Shown here piece after piece: positions 20,182-30,343 of a stretch of 64,000 bases of DNA. Every line of letters starts with the position of its first letter. Position 1 is the first letter of the stretch. Made by a program: the position numbers and the translations under genes. The notes under the pieces were generated by a model that worked only from the letters and a program-made list of their open reading frames with translations, did no database searches and was not told where the DNA came from. This stretch comes from a candidate division FCPU426 bacterium (GTDB taxonomy: Bacteria; Oederibacteriota; Muellerivitia; Muellerivitales; Muellerivitaceae): assembly GCA_963847625.1 (NCBI GenBank), contig CAWKAR010000027.1, forward strand, positions 224,001 through 288,000, read 5' to 3'.

Positions 20182-21291
20182 ATGAAGATCGGTGTAGCGA
20201 TGAGCGGAGGAGTGGATTCTTCCACGGTTCTTGGCCTTCTGAAGGAACAGGGCCATGAGGTGGTGGGCTTGACCCTGAAAATCCTTCCCTGCGAAATCAC
20301 ACCGGGTGAAAACGGCGCCGTAAGCGTGAAGACGGCCGGGCCCCAGGGCCAGCGTTGTTGCTCGGTCCAAGACATCCAGGACGCCCGGGATGTCGCCTTG
20401 AAGGTGGGGGCCCCCCATTACGTGAACGACGGTTTGGATGTGTTTAAGGCCCGGGTCGTGGAGCGCTTCCTGGACGAGTACGAACAAGGGTTGACCCCCA
20501 ATCCCTGTGTGGAGTGCAACCGCTTCGCCAAGCTGCCCCTGCTGCTCCGACAAGCCCTATCCCTGGGTTGCGAAAAACTCGCGACTGGACATTACGCGGG
20601 TCTGGAACAGGAACCCGCCACGGGCAGATGGGTCCTCCGGAAGGCGGCTGATCCCGATAAGGACCAAAGTTACGCCCTTTATAAGCTCAGCCAAAAAATC
20701 CTCTCCCGGCTCCTTTTTCCCCTGGGGGAATATAAGAAGGAACAAGTCAGGGTGGAGGCCAGGCGTTTGGGGCTGAATACCGCCGAAAAACCCGAAAGCA
20801 TGGAAATTTGTTTCGTGACCCAGGGAAACTACAAAACCTTCGTGAAACAGCACCGGCCCCGGGCCTTCGTGCCGGGCAACATCGTGGATCGGGAAGGCAA
20901 AATTCTCGGGCGCCATGAAGGCATCGCCGGTTACACCATCGGCCAACGCAAGGGTTTGGCCCTGTCGGGGGGGCCTTATTACGTGAAAAGCCTCAACCCT
21001 GATACCGCCACGGTCACGGTAGGCCGGGAAGAGGATGTTTTTACAAAAGAATTCCAGGTGGGGGAGTTGAATTGGGTGGCTTGGGTGTCCCTTACAGAAC
21101 CAAGGGAAGCTCAGGTCAAAGTCCGGTATAGGACCCAGGCCCAACCGGCGGTGTTATATCCGGAAGGCGACCAAAGGATAAAGGTGGTCCTCGAGGAGCC
21201 GGCCAGGGCCGTGACTCCCGGCCAATCGGCGGTTTTTTATGATGGAGATAAAGTAGTAGGCGGAGGGGTTATCCAAAAGAATGGGAATTAG
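20182..21291 (+). CDS. mnmA: tRNA 2-thiouridine(34) synthase
   Basis: AMSGGVDSS, TPNPCVECN, ATGHY, KDQSY, TIGQRKG, TPGQSAV. Confidence 0.97.
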   Translation: MKIGVAMSGGVDSSTVLGLLKEQGHEVVGLTLKILPCEITPGENGAVSVKTAGPQGQRCCSVQDIQDARDVALKVGAPHYVNDGLDVFKARVVERFLDEYEQGLTPNPCVECNRFAKLPLLLRQALSLGCEKLATGHYAGLEQEPATGRWVLRKAADPDKDQSYALYKLSQKILSRLLFPLGEYKKEQVRVEARRLGLNTAEKPESMEICFVTQGNYKTFVKQHRPRAFVPGNIVDREGKILGRHEGIAGYTIGQRKGLALSGGPYYVKSLNPDTATVTVGREEDVFTKEFQVGELNWVAWVSLTEPREAQVKVRYRTQAQPAVLYPEGDQRIKVVLEEPARAVTPGQSAVFYDGDKVVGGGVIQKNGN

Positions 21292-21498
21292 AATGAAAAC
21301 TTTCGTCCTATTCATTCCCGTTTCCCGCTCAAGAGATTGACGTTTTCCCGGGAAATTAATTCCAGCGGAAGAACGGCCGGCAAGCATCTATATAGGAACC
21401 CATTCATACCGCGAATGGGTTTTCATAACAGTTTTAAACCCGGGAAACAAAGGATTTTTGTTGTTTTATTCAATCTGAATATGGGTATAATTTTGGCC

Positions 21499-22065
21499 AT
21501 GATTTCAAAGCTTTCATTCCTGAAAACCACCTTTATTTTCCTGGCCCTGATCTGTTTTTCGGGGCTCACGGCATATCCCCTCATTCCCAAAGCCCATGCG
21601 CTTTTTTGGGAGGACGATACTGACAGCAATGATCCCAAGGAAGTGATCCGCCGGCCGGACCATTTCGGCCTATTCGACTGGGTGGATGACATCGGAAAAA
21701 CCGAGAAGGAAAAACATTACCGTGATATGGACAATCCGGACTCTGGACCCGGGGTGAACAGCGGTGCCAGGACCCTGGAAGTGGTCACCTCGGGAATCGT
21801 GGGGTTTACCGCGGGTTTGTTCATCGCGAACCGGGTTACCACCGACCAGACTCAGATGACCACCAACCTGTTCATCGGGGGTTCCATCGGTTTGGGAGTG
21901 GGGATCGTTGTCGGGGCCCTCATCATGCCGCGGGACTACGAGGTGGACCAACACGTGCGGATCGAATACCTGAAAGAGCGCCAAGCCTGGCTGCAGGACC
22001 CTGTCCGACTCGACCTTCAAAAGGCTTTTCGCCCTACGGATTTCGCTTTTTCCCTCAGCTTCTGA
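21499..22065 (+). CDS. Hypothetical exported/membrane protein
   Basis: Signal-like N-terminus (AHA) and two Gly-rich TM helices; start codon uncertain. Confidence 0.65.
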   Translation: MISKLSFLKTTFIFLALICFSGLTAYPLIPKAHALFWEDDTDSNDPKEVIRRPDHFGLFDWVDDIGKTEKEKHYRDMDNPDSGPGVNSGARTLEVVTSGIVGFTAGLFIANRVTTDQTQMTTNLFIGGSIGLGVGIVVGALIMPRDYEVDQHVRIEYLKERQAWLQDPVRLDLQKAFRPTDFAFSLSF

Positions 22066-22115
22066 TTCCCGCCGGTTTTTTTCCGTAATTTTCCCTTGGG
22101 TCAAAGAGGTGTATC

Positions 22116-23309
22116 TTGCCGTCTTACGTTCGAATAAAGCTGAAACCAAAAGAGGAAGACCGTTTGCTGACGGGCCATCCCTGGGTCTACGCCAATGAAG
22201 TGGAAAAACCCCCCGGAATCATTTCACCCGGCACCCTGGTGGAGGTGGTCAGCTCCAAAGGCCTGCCCGTGGGACGGGGGGTGGCGAATCCCGCCTCCAA
22301 AATTTTGGTCCGGCTGTTAACGCGCGACTTTGGACAGGATATCGATGAAACCTTGGTGAAAGAAAGGATCCAAACGGCGCTGAAGGTCCGGGATGGGCTC
22401 CTTGAAAAGAATCAAACAAACGGCGTCCGGCTTCTCTTTGGGGAAGCTGACGGCCTGCCTGGCGTCATCGCCGACGCTTTCGGGGAAACCGTGGTTTTAG
22501 CCTGCTTCAGCGCCGGACTCAAGCCGTTCATTCCCGTTATTTCCCAAACCCTCCAGGACCAGGGATACAAATTTATCTTCGAAAAAAGCGTGGGAGAGGT
22601 TTGTAAAAAGGAAGGCATGGCTGAATTCCAGGGTTGGCTGACCGATCCCGGGCCCATTCCGATCCTATTGACCGAGGGAAAAGCGAAATTCCGGATACAG
22701 CCCGAGCAGGGCCAGAAAACAGGGTTCTACCTGGATTTCCGGGAAACCCGGTTGCGTTTGCAGCAATTGAGCCGGGGGAAAAAAATACTGGACGCTTTTT
22801 GTTACACCGGCGCCGCGTCCATCCAGGCGGCCCTGGGGGGGGCCCTTGAGGTTTGGGGGCTTGATTCCTCCCAAGCGGCGCTCGAGGAAGCGTCGGAAAA
22901 CGCCCGCTTGAACGGCGTGGAAGGCATCGTGCGTTTCGAGAAAAACGACAGTTTTAAGGCCCTGAGGGAATTGAGAAAAGAGGGAAAATATTTCGATGGA
23001 ATCCTCCTGGATCCGCCGCCCCTGGCCAAAAGCGCGCATGATGTTCCGGCCGCGCGGATCGCGTTCAAGCGGCTGGTATCCCAAGCCGTGGATCTTTTGA
23101 ATCCCGGCGGTTTCCTGATCCCGGCTTCCTGCTCGCACCATTTTTCCTGGACGATCCTGGAGGGCGTTGTCCGGGACGTGGAGGAGGAATCCGGGCGATC
23201 CTTCAAGCTGTTGGACCGGTTGACCCAGCCGCCGGACCACCCCATCCTGTTGTCGATTCCGGAGACGGAATATATAAGGGTTTTGATTTTATCCGAGGTT
23301 CTCTATTGA
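22116..23309 (+). CDS. rlmI: RlmI-like class I SAM rRNA methyltransferase
   Basis: PUA motif GHPWVY, EADGLPG, GQKTGFYLD, LDPP, SCSHH. Confidence 0.85.
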   Translation: MPSYVRIKLKPKEEDRLLTGHPWVYANEVEKPPGIISPGTLVEVVSSKGLPVGRGVANPASKILVRLLTRDFGQDIDETLVKERIQTALKVRDGLLEKNQTNGVRLLFGEADGLPGVIADAFGETVVLACFSAGLKPFIPVISQTLQDQGYKFIFEKSVGEVCKKEGMAEFQGWLTDPGPIPILLTEGKAKFRIQPEQGQKTGFYLDFRETRLRLQQLSRGKKILDAFCYTGAASIQAALGGALEVWGLDSSQAALEEASENARLNGVEGIVRFEKNDSFKALRELRKEGKYFDGILLDPPPLAKSAHDVPAARIAFKRLVSQAVDLLNPGGFLIPASCSHHFSWTILEGVVRDVEEESGRSFKLLDRLTQPPDHPILLSIPETEYIRVLILSEVLY

Positions 23310-23396
23310 ATCCAATGCGGTTAAAATACATTGAAGGGTTGTTTCCCCGGCGGGTTTACTGAAGGGCTTTCATCTTAAATAGGAGAATGAATTTTA

Positions 23397-24557
23397 GTGA
23401 AGATCCTGGTCACCGGTTGCGCGGGTTTCATCGGGTCGCATGTGACGGAAAGGCTCTTAAAAGAGGGCCATAACGTCACGGGAGTCGACGACTTCGATAT
23501 TTATTATTCCCGCAACCAAAAGGAAAAAAACCTTCTTCCCGTCCTCATGCATCCCAACTTCAAGCTGGTAGAGGACAACCTCGCCACCATGGCCCTCGTG
23601 AAGGTCTTGAAGGGCACGGAGGCGGTCGTCCACCTGGCGGCCCAGCCCGGAGTCCGGGGTTCGTGGGGATCCTCTTTCCACCGTTATATCACCAACAACA
23701 TCCAAGTCACCCAGAAGTTGTTGGAGGAATCCAAAACCTTAAAGTTAAAACGTTTCGTTTATGCTTCCTCGTCTTCCGTTTACGGGGACGTGGGGGACTC
23801 GCTGAATGAGGAAATGAAGTGTCAACCCGGGAGCCCCTACGGGGTCACCAAGCTGGCCGCGGAGCACCTTTGCCGGGTATACCACCAGGAATACAAGATG
23901 CCCACCGCGGCCTTGAGATTTTTCTCGGTATACGGCCCGGGCCAGAGGCCGGACATGGCTTTCCACCGGTTTTGCCAAAACATCCTCCACGAGGCCGCCC
24001 TGACACTCTACGGCGATGGGAAACAGGTCCGGGATTTCACCTATGTGGACGACGTGGCGGAGATCGTCGCGGCGGCGTTAACGGCGGACGTAATAGGCGA
24101 GGTCGTGAACGTGGGAGGGGGATCGCCCGCGACCCTCCTGGAAGCGGTGGCATTGTTGGAGGAAATCAGCGGCGTTGCCTGTTCCAAAACTTTCCTGGAG
24201 AGGCAAAGGGGGGATGTTTTCGCCACCCGCGCGGATACCTCGAAATTGGAAAGGCTGTTCGGCCTCAAACCCAAGACCACCCTGAGGGAAGGCCTGGCCC
24301 GCGAGTGGGAATGGATGAAGCAGTTCGTGCAAAGCGAGGACGAGGAAAGGGCCATCAAGGCCAAAATCCAGCCCATCCTGGGAGTGGATGAAGCCGTTCT
24401 CGCCGAGGCCAAATCGGACGAGAAGGCGGCCAAGAAGGCCGCCCGCAAGGCATCCGCCAAGGCCAAGAAAGAACAGGCGGCCGGTGTGGCGGATATTTCA
24501 CCGGAACCCAGCGCGGTTTCCCAACCCCCGGATGCGCCGGAGAACCCGGTTTCGTAA
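23397..24557 (+). CDS. NAD-dependent nucleotide-sugar epimerase/dehydratase
   Basis: GCAGFIG, HLAAQPGVR, YGVTK, RPDMA. Confidence 0.93.
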   Translation: MKILVTGCAGFIGSHVTERLLKEGHNVTGVDDFDIYYSRNQKEKNLLPVLMHPNFKLVEDNLATMALVKVLKGTEAVVHLAAQPGVRGSWGSSFHRYITNNIQVTQKLLEESKTLKLKRFVYASSSSVYGDVGDSLNEEMKCQPGSPYGVTKLAAEHLCRVYHQEYKMPTAALRFFSVYGPGQRPDMAFHRFCQNILHEAALTLYGDGKQVRDFTYVDDVAEIVAAALTADVIGEVVNVGGGSPATLLEAVALLEEISGVACSKTFLERQRGDVFATRADTSKLERLFGLKPKTTLREGLAREWEWMKQFVQSEDEERAIKAKIQPILGVDEAVLAEAKSDEKAAKKAARKASAKAKKEQAAGVADISPEPSAVSQPPDAPENPVS

Positions 24558-24794
24558 CGGTATCTAAAAAACGTAAAGCAAAACTACGGTTTAGCCACAG
24601 ATTCAGGGGATACAATTAAGATAGGTAAAATAAAAAGGGCTTTAAATATTTGTATTTCTTAAATCCCATGAATCCCATGTATCCGTGGCTAGGTTTTATT
24701 TAGGATCGATTTGGTTTTTAATGAATTATCTTTGATGAGGCTCTGTCAACGGCCCTTCGCTAGGATGCGAAGAGTTTTGAGGTAAATTAAGGTT

Positions 24795-25997
24795 TTGTTA
24801 GTTTCTTTTAACCGGGCGGCCCCTATTCGAAACTCAAAACAAAACAAGCATTCCCCCCGGAAAATTAAAATCGCCCATATCATCACCCGTTTGGAACTGG
24901 GCGGCGCCCAGCAGAACACCCTCTATTGCTGCGCACACCACGACCGGCGTAAATACGAGGTGATCCTGGTCAGCGGCGTGGGCGGTTATTTGGACGAAGA
25001 AGCCCGGAAGGTGAAGGACTGCAAGACCTATTTTATTCCCGAGTTGAAACACCCCATCCATCCCCTGTGGGACCTACTCGCCCTGAGACACATCACTAAA
25101 ATCCTGAAATTTGAAAAGGTGGATTTGGTCCATACCCACAGCTCCAAGGCCGGGATCCTCGGGCGTTGGGCCGCCAGGCGTGCGGGTGTCCCCCGAATCA
25201 TCCATACAGTCCATGGTTGGGGGTTTTTCCCTGGCCAGTTTTTCCTGAAGCGTTGGTTGTACCAAACCCTGGAACGCTGGGCGGCCCGGTTCACGGACAT
25301 TCTCATCGCGGTCAGTGGGGATAACAAAAAAGAAGGCTTGAGGGCCGGAATCGGAAGGGAAGAACAATACCGGGTCATCCACAGCGGGATTGATCCGAAA
25401 AAATATATGCTCCCACGGTCCGCGGCCCTCAAGGCCCGGCGGTTTTTCGGCTCGCAAGGAAGGCTGGTGGTCCTGGTCCTTTCCAACTTCAAAAGCCAAA
25501 AATCGCCCCTGGACGTTGTCCTTGTGGCGGCCTGCTTGGCCGCGGAAATCCCCAATGTCCTCTTTCTTTGGGCGGGGGATGGTGATCTCCGATGGGAGGT
25601 CGAAAAATCGATAATGAAATATCGGCTGGAAAATAACATCAATCTATTGGGGTGGAGGGAAGACGTGGCGGAGCTATTAGCGGCTTCGGATGTCCTGCTT
25701 TTGACCTCCCTTTACGAAGGCTTGCCAAGGGTAGTGCTACAGGCTATGGCCGCAGGAAAGCCGGTCGTAGCCACGGCCGTTTCGGGCACTCCAGAGGCGG
25801 TCCTGGACGGCAGGACGGGCTATCTTCACGCTCCCCATGATGTGGATGGCATGGCCAAAAGCCTTTGCAAGATTTTATCCGGTAAGAAACTTGCCCTGAA
25901 AATGGGCAAGGCGGGGCGCCAATCTTTAAGGGGAACCTTTATCATCCAAAGGATGCTTCGGGAAATCGAAAAGGTTTACCGGGAATTGACCCGGTAA
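24795..25997 (+). CDS. GT4 glycosyltransferase
   Basis: LGGAQ, HTHSSKAG, EGLPRVVLQAMAAGKPVVAT; start codon uncertain. Confidence 0.92.
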   Translation: MLVSFNRAAPIRNSKQNKHSPRKIKIAHIITRLELGGAQQNTLYCCAHHDRRKYEVILVSGVGGYLDEEARKVKDCKTYFIPELKHPIHPLWDLLALRHITKILKFEKVDLVHTHSSKAGILGRWAARRAGVPRIIHTVHGWGFFPGQFFLKRWLYQTLERWAARFTDILIAVSGDNKKEGLRAGIGREEQYRVIHSGIDPKKYMLPRSAALKARRFFGSQGRLVVLVLSNFKSQKSPLDVVLVAACLAAEIPNVLFLWAGDGDLRWEVEKSIMKYRLENNINLLGWREDVAELLAASDVLLLTSLYEGLPRVVLQAMAAGKPVVATAVSGTPEAVLDGRTGYLHAPHDVDGMAKSLCKILSGKKLALKMGKAGRQSLRGTFIIQRMLREIEKVYRELTR

Positions 25998-26017
25998 ACG
26001 CTACCGGCATAACCGGA

Positions 26018-26166
26018 TTTCTGGTAAACGGAAGCCGCATTTCTGGTAAACAGACCCCCGTTTCTGGTAAATAAGGTTGGTTTTTTGGTAAACACCCGCT
26101 GGCATACCCGGATTTCTGGTAAACGGGGCCCGGGTTTTTGTTAAACCGGATCGTTTTTTGGAAAAC
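26018..26166 (+). repeat. Phased array of 7 x TTT(C/T)TGGTAAAC-like cores
   Basis: Cores at about 26018, 26040, 26061, 26082, 26113, 26135 and 26155, with variable linkers. Confidence 0.85.
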
Positions 26167-26280
26167 GCCCGTCGGCCTGCCCTGAGTTCATCGAATGGGC
26201 ATGCTGATAACACCGTGGGACAAACCTGTAGTACAATTATGGCCTTCGGCTTTTAATATGAGTGAGGCCTATCGGATATG

Positions 26281-28675
26281 ATGCCACGCCATCCCCTGGG
26301 ATTCATCCTCGCGGTTCTTCTGTTGGCGATGCCTTTCGCCTGCACAAAAAACTTCTCCACCCCCCCTATTTCCCCCGCTGGGCCTGCCCCGACCTTGACG
26401 GCCACCGTCCCCCCCCTCTCCGACGGGCACTATTAGCCCGAGCCCCACCAACACCCCTACCCTGACCGGGACGATGTCGCCCACCTATTCCCCGACGGGG
26501 ACACCCACCGGCACCCCGACCAATACGCCGTCGCCTCTGCCTTCGCCCCAGGGGGTGCTGGGATGGCTGAACCCGTCCTCCAATCCCCAGATCTTCTGGG
26601 CGACCGACCCCAGTCCCGAGGTGACCGGGTACCGGCTTTACATAAGCAATAACGGGACCAGCTACTCTCCCACCAGCATTTTCAGCAAGACCGGGACCTA
26701 CATGTACGTGGACCACAGTATCGGCACCACCTTCAACTATTATTATTACGTCGTGGCCACAGGCACCCGGCCGGACAGCCCGGCTTCCCGGGTGGTGCAC
26801 GCCATATCCGGCACCACCGCCTCCAACAGCCTGACCCTCACCGCCTCCAATTCCACCACGCCCGTTTATTCCATCACCAATGGAACCGTGGCGGGTGCCA
26901 CGCGCAGGGTCTGGCTGACCTTCCAAACCTCCAACGTGTTCGTGGATTGGGTTTGGGGCGAGGAGGCCGCCGTGCTGACCAGCGTGAATTACGGCTACGC
27001 CGCCACGGGCATCACCTACCAGCCGGCGGCCGTGCTTTCAAGCGGCACCCAGTACGGCTTGCTCGTCCATACCTTCAACGCCAGCAACTGGGATATCGAC
27101 GTGAGCACCGTGCTTTTCACGCCGGCCGTGACGCCCACCGCCAGCCCCACGCCAACGCCGACCCTCACGTTGTCGCCCACTATTACCGACAGCCCGACCG
27201 TCACCCGGTCGCCGACGAATTCGCCCACCCCCACCCCGACCGTAACACCTACCCCTCCCCCAACGGTGGTGGCGACGCCGTCCAGTTCACTGGTTCTCGC
27301 CGATATGGAGTGCGATTGCCCCTCCCTTTACCCGCAAAACGGCATCAATGGGTTTTTTTCCACCTCCAACGATACAATTGGCTCCACGGTTTGGCCGCCC
27401 GCCGGCTCTTACTTCGTGATGTCCTCTCCTGGGTATAATTCCAGCTACTGCGCCAGGATCACCGGAACCGTGGCGGCTCCCGGGGCGGCGCAAACCTGTA
27501 CCAACTCCTTCGGCCCTGTTATCACCTATAACAATCCCTTTGCGTCCATGGAAGCCAATTTCGTAACACAGGGAAGCTATAACATCCCCTCGAGCATCAC
27601 AGGCATCGCTTTCAATATGAAGGCATCCTTTACCAACACCTGCATTACGCCGGTAGTGCGTTTCATGGTTTACGACACAATCACCACCGCCACTAACGAC
27701 GCCAATGGCGTCAACCTGCCCATCACGGTTCAAGGTTCCTGGCTGCCTTCGCCAGTGACGGTTTTTTTCAATCAAATGACCACTACGGGAAAAACGGGCG
27801 GCACGCCACAGACACACTCATTCGACCAAGCGCATGCGGTCCAGTTTCAATGGCAAGTGAACTACCCCTGCAATTTCGACATATCTGTTGATAATGTCAC
27901 GTTCATTACGGACTCCCCTCCCGCGGCGGCTAACCCCCTGCCCGGTTCATCGGGTTGGCCGGTGTCCTTGATTGATAACTGTGAACAAGGCTCCAACTTC
28001 AGCCCTCCCATAGCCAACCGGGACGGGGGACCCTGGTTTACTTATCGCGCTACGAATATCAACCCGCCTGACGTGATATGCCCTGGGGCAGGCTACCCTT
28101 TCCAAATGAGTCCGGGGGGTGGTCCCCTCAGCCCGCAATACGCCGCCCATGTGACCGGCACCATGAGTTTCCAGGGAACTACCCAGGGTTATCCGGGTTT
28201 CGGCGTTCATTTCAAGGGGGCGGATTCATGCGGGTATGACCAGGTTTACGATATCACGCAAGGCGGTTCATACAACTTTACCGGGATACAGTTTTACGTA
28301 AAGGTGGGATCAAGCACAATGTTTGGTTTTCAAACTTTCATGATCGAAATACCTGATGCGTCGACCGATCCGAATATCGCAAGTCCGACATGCCAGAATT
28401 ATTTATATGCTTGTAACGGAAACAAGGGAACATTGTGGGATATGGCTACAGATCCCAACAATTTATGGGGTGGAGATGTATACGACACATGGCTAGGCCC
28501 CGTTAAGATTCCCTTTAGTAATTTTACTCTTCCGAATTGGGCCACTAATAATCCCGTCAAAGCGATTCAACTTAATCAGGCGGTTGGCGTTCAATTTCAG
28601 GATGTTTATACCAATGGCACGCAGACTACCGCGGGTAATTTTGATATTTGGATCGACGACCTTAGTTTCTATTGA
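26281..28675 (+). CDS. Large surface lipoprotein with Thr/Pro linkers and CBM11/CIA30-like domains, frameshifted at a C8 tract (26409-26416)
   Basis: ATG 26281 gives the signal MPRHPLGFILAVLLLAMPFAC, which joins the 733-aa ORF only if the tract is C7. The protein ends FDIWIDDLSFY, as in CBM11-like domains. Confidence 0.75.
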
Positions 28676-28932
28676 TCGGCTGGGGTTTTGAACCTCTCCC
28701 TGGACCGGCCCTCCTTCCTGAAATAGCCCCCTCATGGTTTGCCTGTCGGCATAGGCTGATACCACTGTCGGCATGGATGGCCTGCCCAACATCGTAAGCT
28801 AACCCAGTTCCCGGCTTTACCGCGTTTACCGGGTTCCCTTGTTCCCGGGCCTGCCCCGAGTGTTCCAGTGGTTCCAGGCCAGCTAGCGGTGAGTTTATCG
28901 AACCTGTTCCGGAGTTCCCGGGTTCCGTGGTA

Positions 28933-29805
28933 CCTAATAGCAGATTTCGGGGTGCCTAGTAGCAGGTTCGGCGGATCTGTGGGCACGATCCGGGCGCCCT
29001 GTGGGCATGAGCCGGTGGCCCTGTGGGCATGTGTCGGCGCCCTGGGGGCATGGTCCGGGAGTCCTGTAGGCATGGGCCGGTGTCCCCTGTAGGCATGGGC
29101 CGGGAGTCCTGTAGGCACGGCGCAAGAGTCCTGTAGGCACAGGCCAGTACCCCTATAGGCATGGGGCGTGCCGCCTACTGGCAGGTCTGGGCTACCTACT
29201 GGCAGATCAGGGCTGCCTACTGGCAGTTCCGGCGGTGCCTACTGGCAGGTTCTGGGCTACCTACTGGCAGGTCCGGCGAACCTACTGGCAGGTTTCGGGC
29301 TGCCTACTGGTAGAATCGGCTGTACCTACTGGCAGGTCGGGGCCGCCTACTGGCAGCTTCCGAGTCTCCTACTGGCATGTTCCTCCAAACCCGTTAAACG
29401 GGGCGGAACCCATTAAACGAAGCTGGGCTAACCCGTTAAACGGGATGGAACCCATAAAACGGAGCCGGGCCAACCCATTAAATGGGACGGAACCCATTAA
29501 ACGGAGCCGGGCCAACCCGTTAAACGGGGCGGAACCCATTAAACGGAGCCGGGCCAACCCGTTAAACGGGGCGGAACCCATTAAACGGAACCGGGCTAAC
29601 CCATTAAATGGGGCGGAACCCATTAAACGGAGCCGAGCTAAGCCATTAAACGGGACTTAACCCATTAAAGAGGGTGCCCTGTAAGCCTGTAAGCCGGTAA
29701 GGCGGTAAGTCGGGCGGTAAGCCTGTAAGTTGATAAGGTAGGCTGTAAACCTGTAAGCCCTATCCGACAGGGGCCCCGCCTTTCCGACAGGGCGTCCGTC
29801 AGGCA
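28933..29805 (+). repeat. Modular phased repeat array, copy 1
   Basis: Blocks in order: 2x CCTA(A/G)TAGCAG, 9x CCTGT(G/A)GGCA, 10x CCTACTGGCAG, 14x CCC(A/G)TTAAACG (19/23 bp alternation), an 8-bp CCTGTAAG run, then TCCGACAGGG. Confidence 0.95.
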
Positions 29806-29872
29806 GCTTTGGTAGACAAGCCGCCTGCCCCACGAAGCTTCAGCATAGTGGGGGGTTCCAGGGGCCTGGGAC

Positions 29873-29975
29873 GGCAATCCTAAATTCTCAATGTTAAATG
29901 TTGAATTATCGAGGATTTCCGAAATGCGGAAATCTAACCTAAATTTATAATTTAAAACTCAACATTCAAAATTGG
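29873..29975 (-). repeat. AT-rich heptamer-armed palindromic element
   Basis: Its reverse complement aligns with 54288-54388. Confidence 0.7.
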
Positions 29976-30108
29976 CTTTTAATGAGTTCCCGGGTTCCCG
30001 GCTAGCCAATAAATTGGGTTTTGGCTGGGTCTCTGGGCCCCTTCGGGAACCTCAGGGCAGGTCACTGTGGTGAAAAGTGGTTTTTCGACGGCCTTTAAAA
30101 CCCGATTT

Positions 30109-30158
30109 TCCAAAGAATTCCCGCCTTTTATTCCAGAACGGTAAAATATTGGTACTTC
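30109..30158 (+). repeat. 50-bp exact direct repeat with 55755-55804; contains a -10-like TAAAAT
   Basis: TCCAAAGAATTCCCGCCTTTTATTCCAGAACGGTAAAATATTGGTACTTC is identical at both sites. Confidence 0.9.
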
Positions 30159-30343
30159 CAAGACGATTGTGAGGATGAGCTTGCCCTGACATGTCTCCCG
30201 GAGTTGCTTGCCCCTCGACATGTGTCTCGAAGCTTGAGCGTAGGGACAAGCCCGAAGGGGGTAGTGGGATAACGAAAGGAGAGTGAAATGAAGGAAGTCC
30301 AACTCAGGGACCTAGGGTGTACAAAGAAATTAGAGTCAAAAAA

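Noticed and set aside
28933..29805. CRISPR or TIGR array interpretation of the phased repeats (also 54467-55741)
   Set aside because: Cores are only 10-11 bp, linkers are 8-12 bp and related to each other, the core changes along the array, and I recognised no cas or Nop-domain gene in the window.
28732..29877. Repetitive ORFs over the arrays (PTG/YWQ/NPLNG; also 54410-55812)
   Set aside because: They overlap on both strands, lack ribosome-binding sites, and 21/22-bp unit variation shifts the frame. They are by-products of the repeats.
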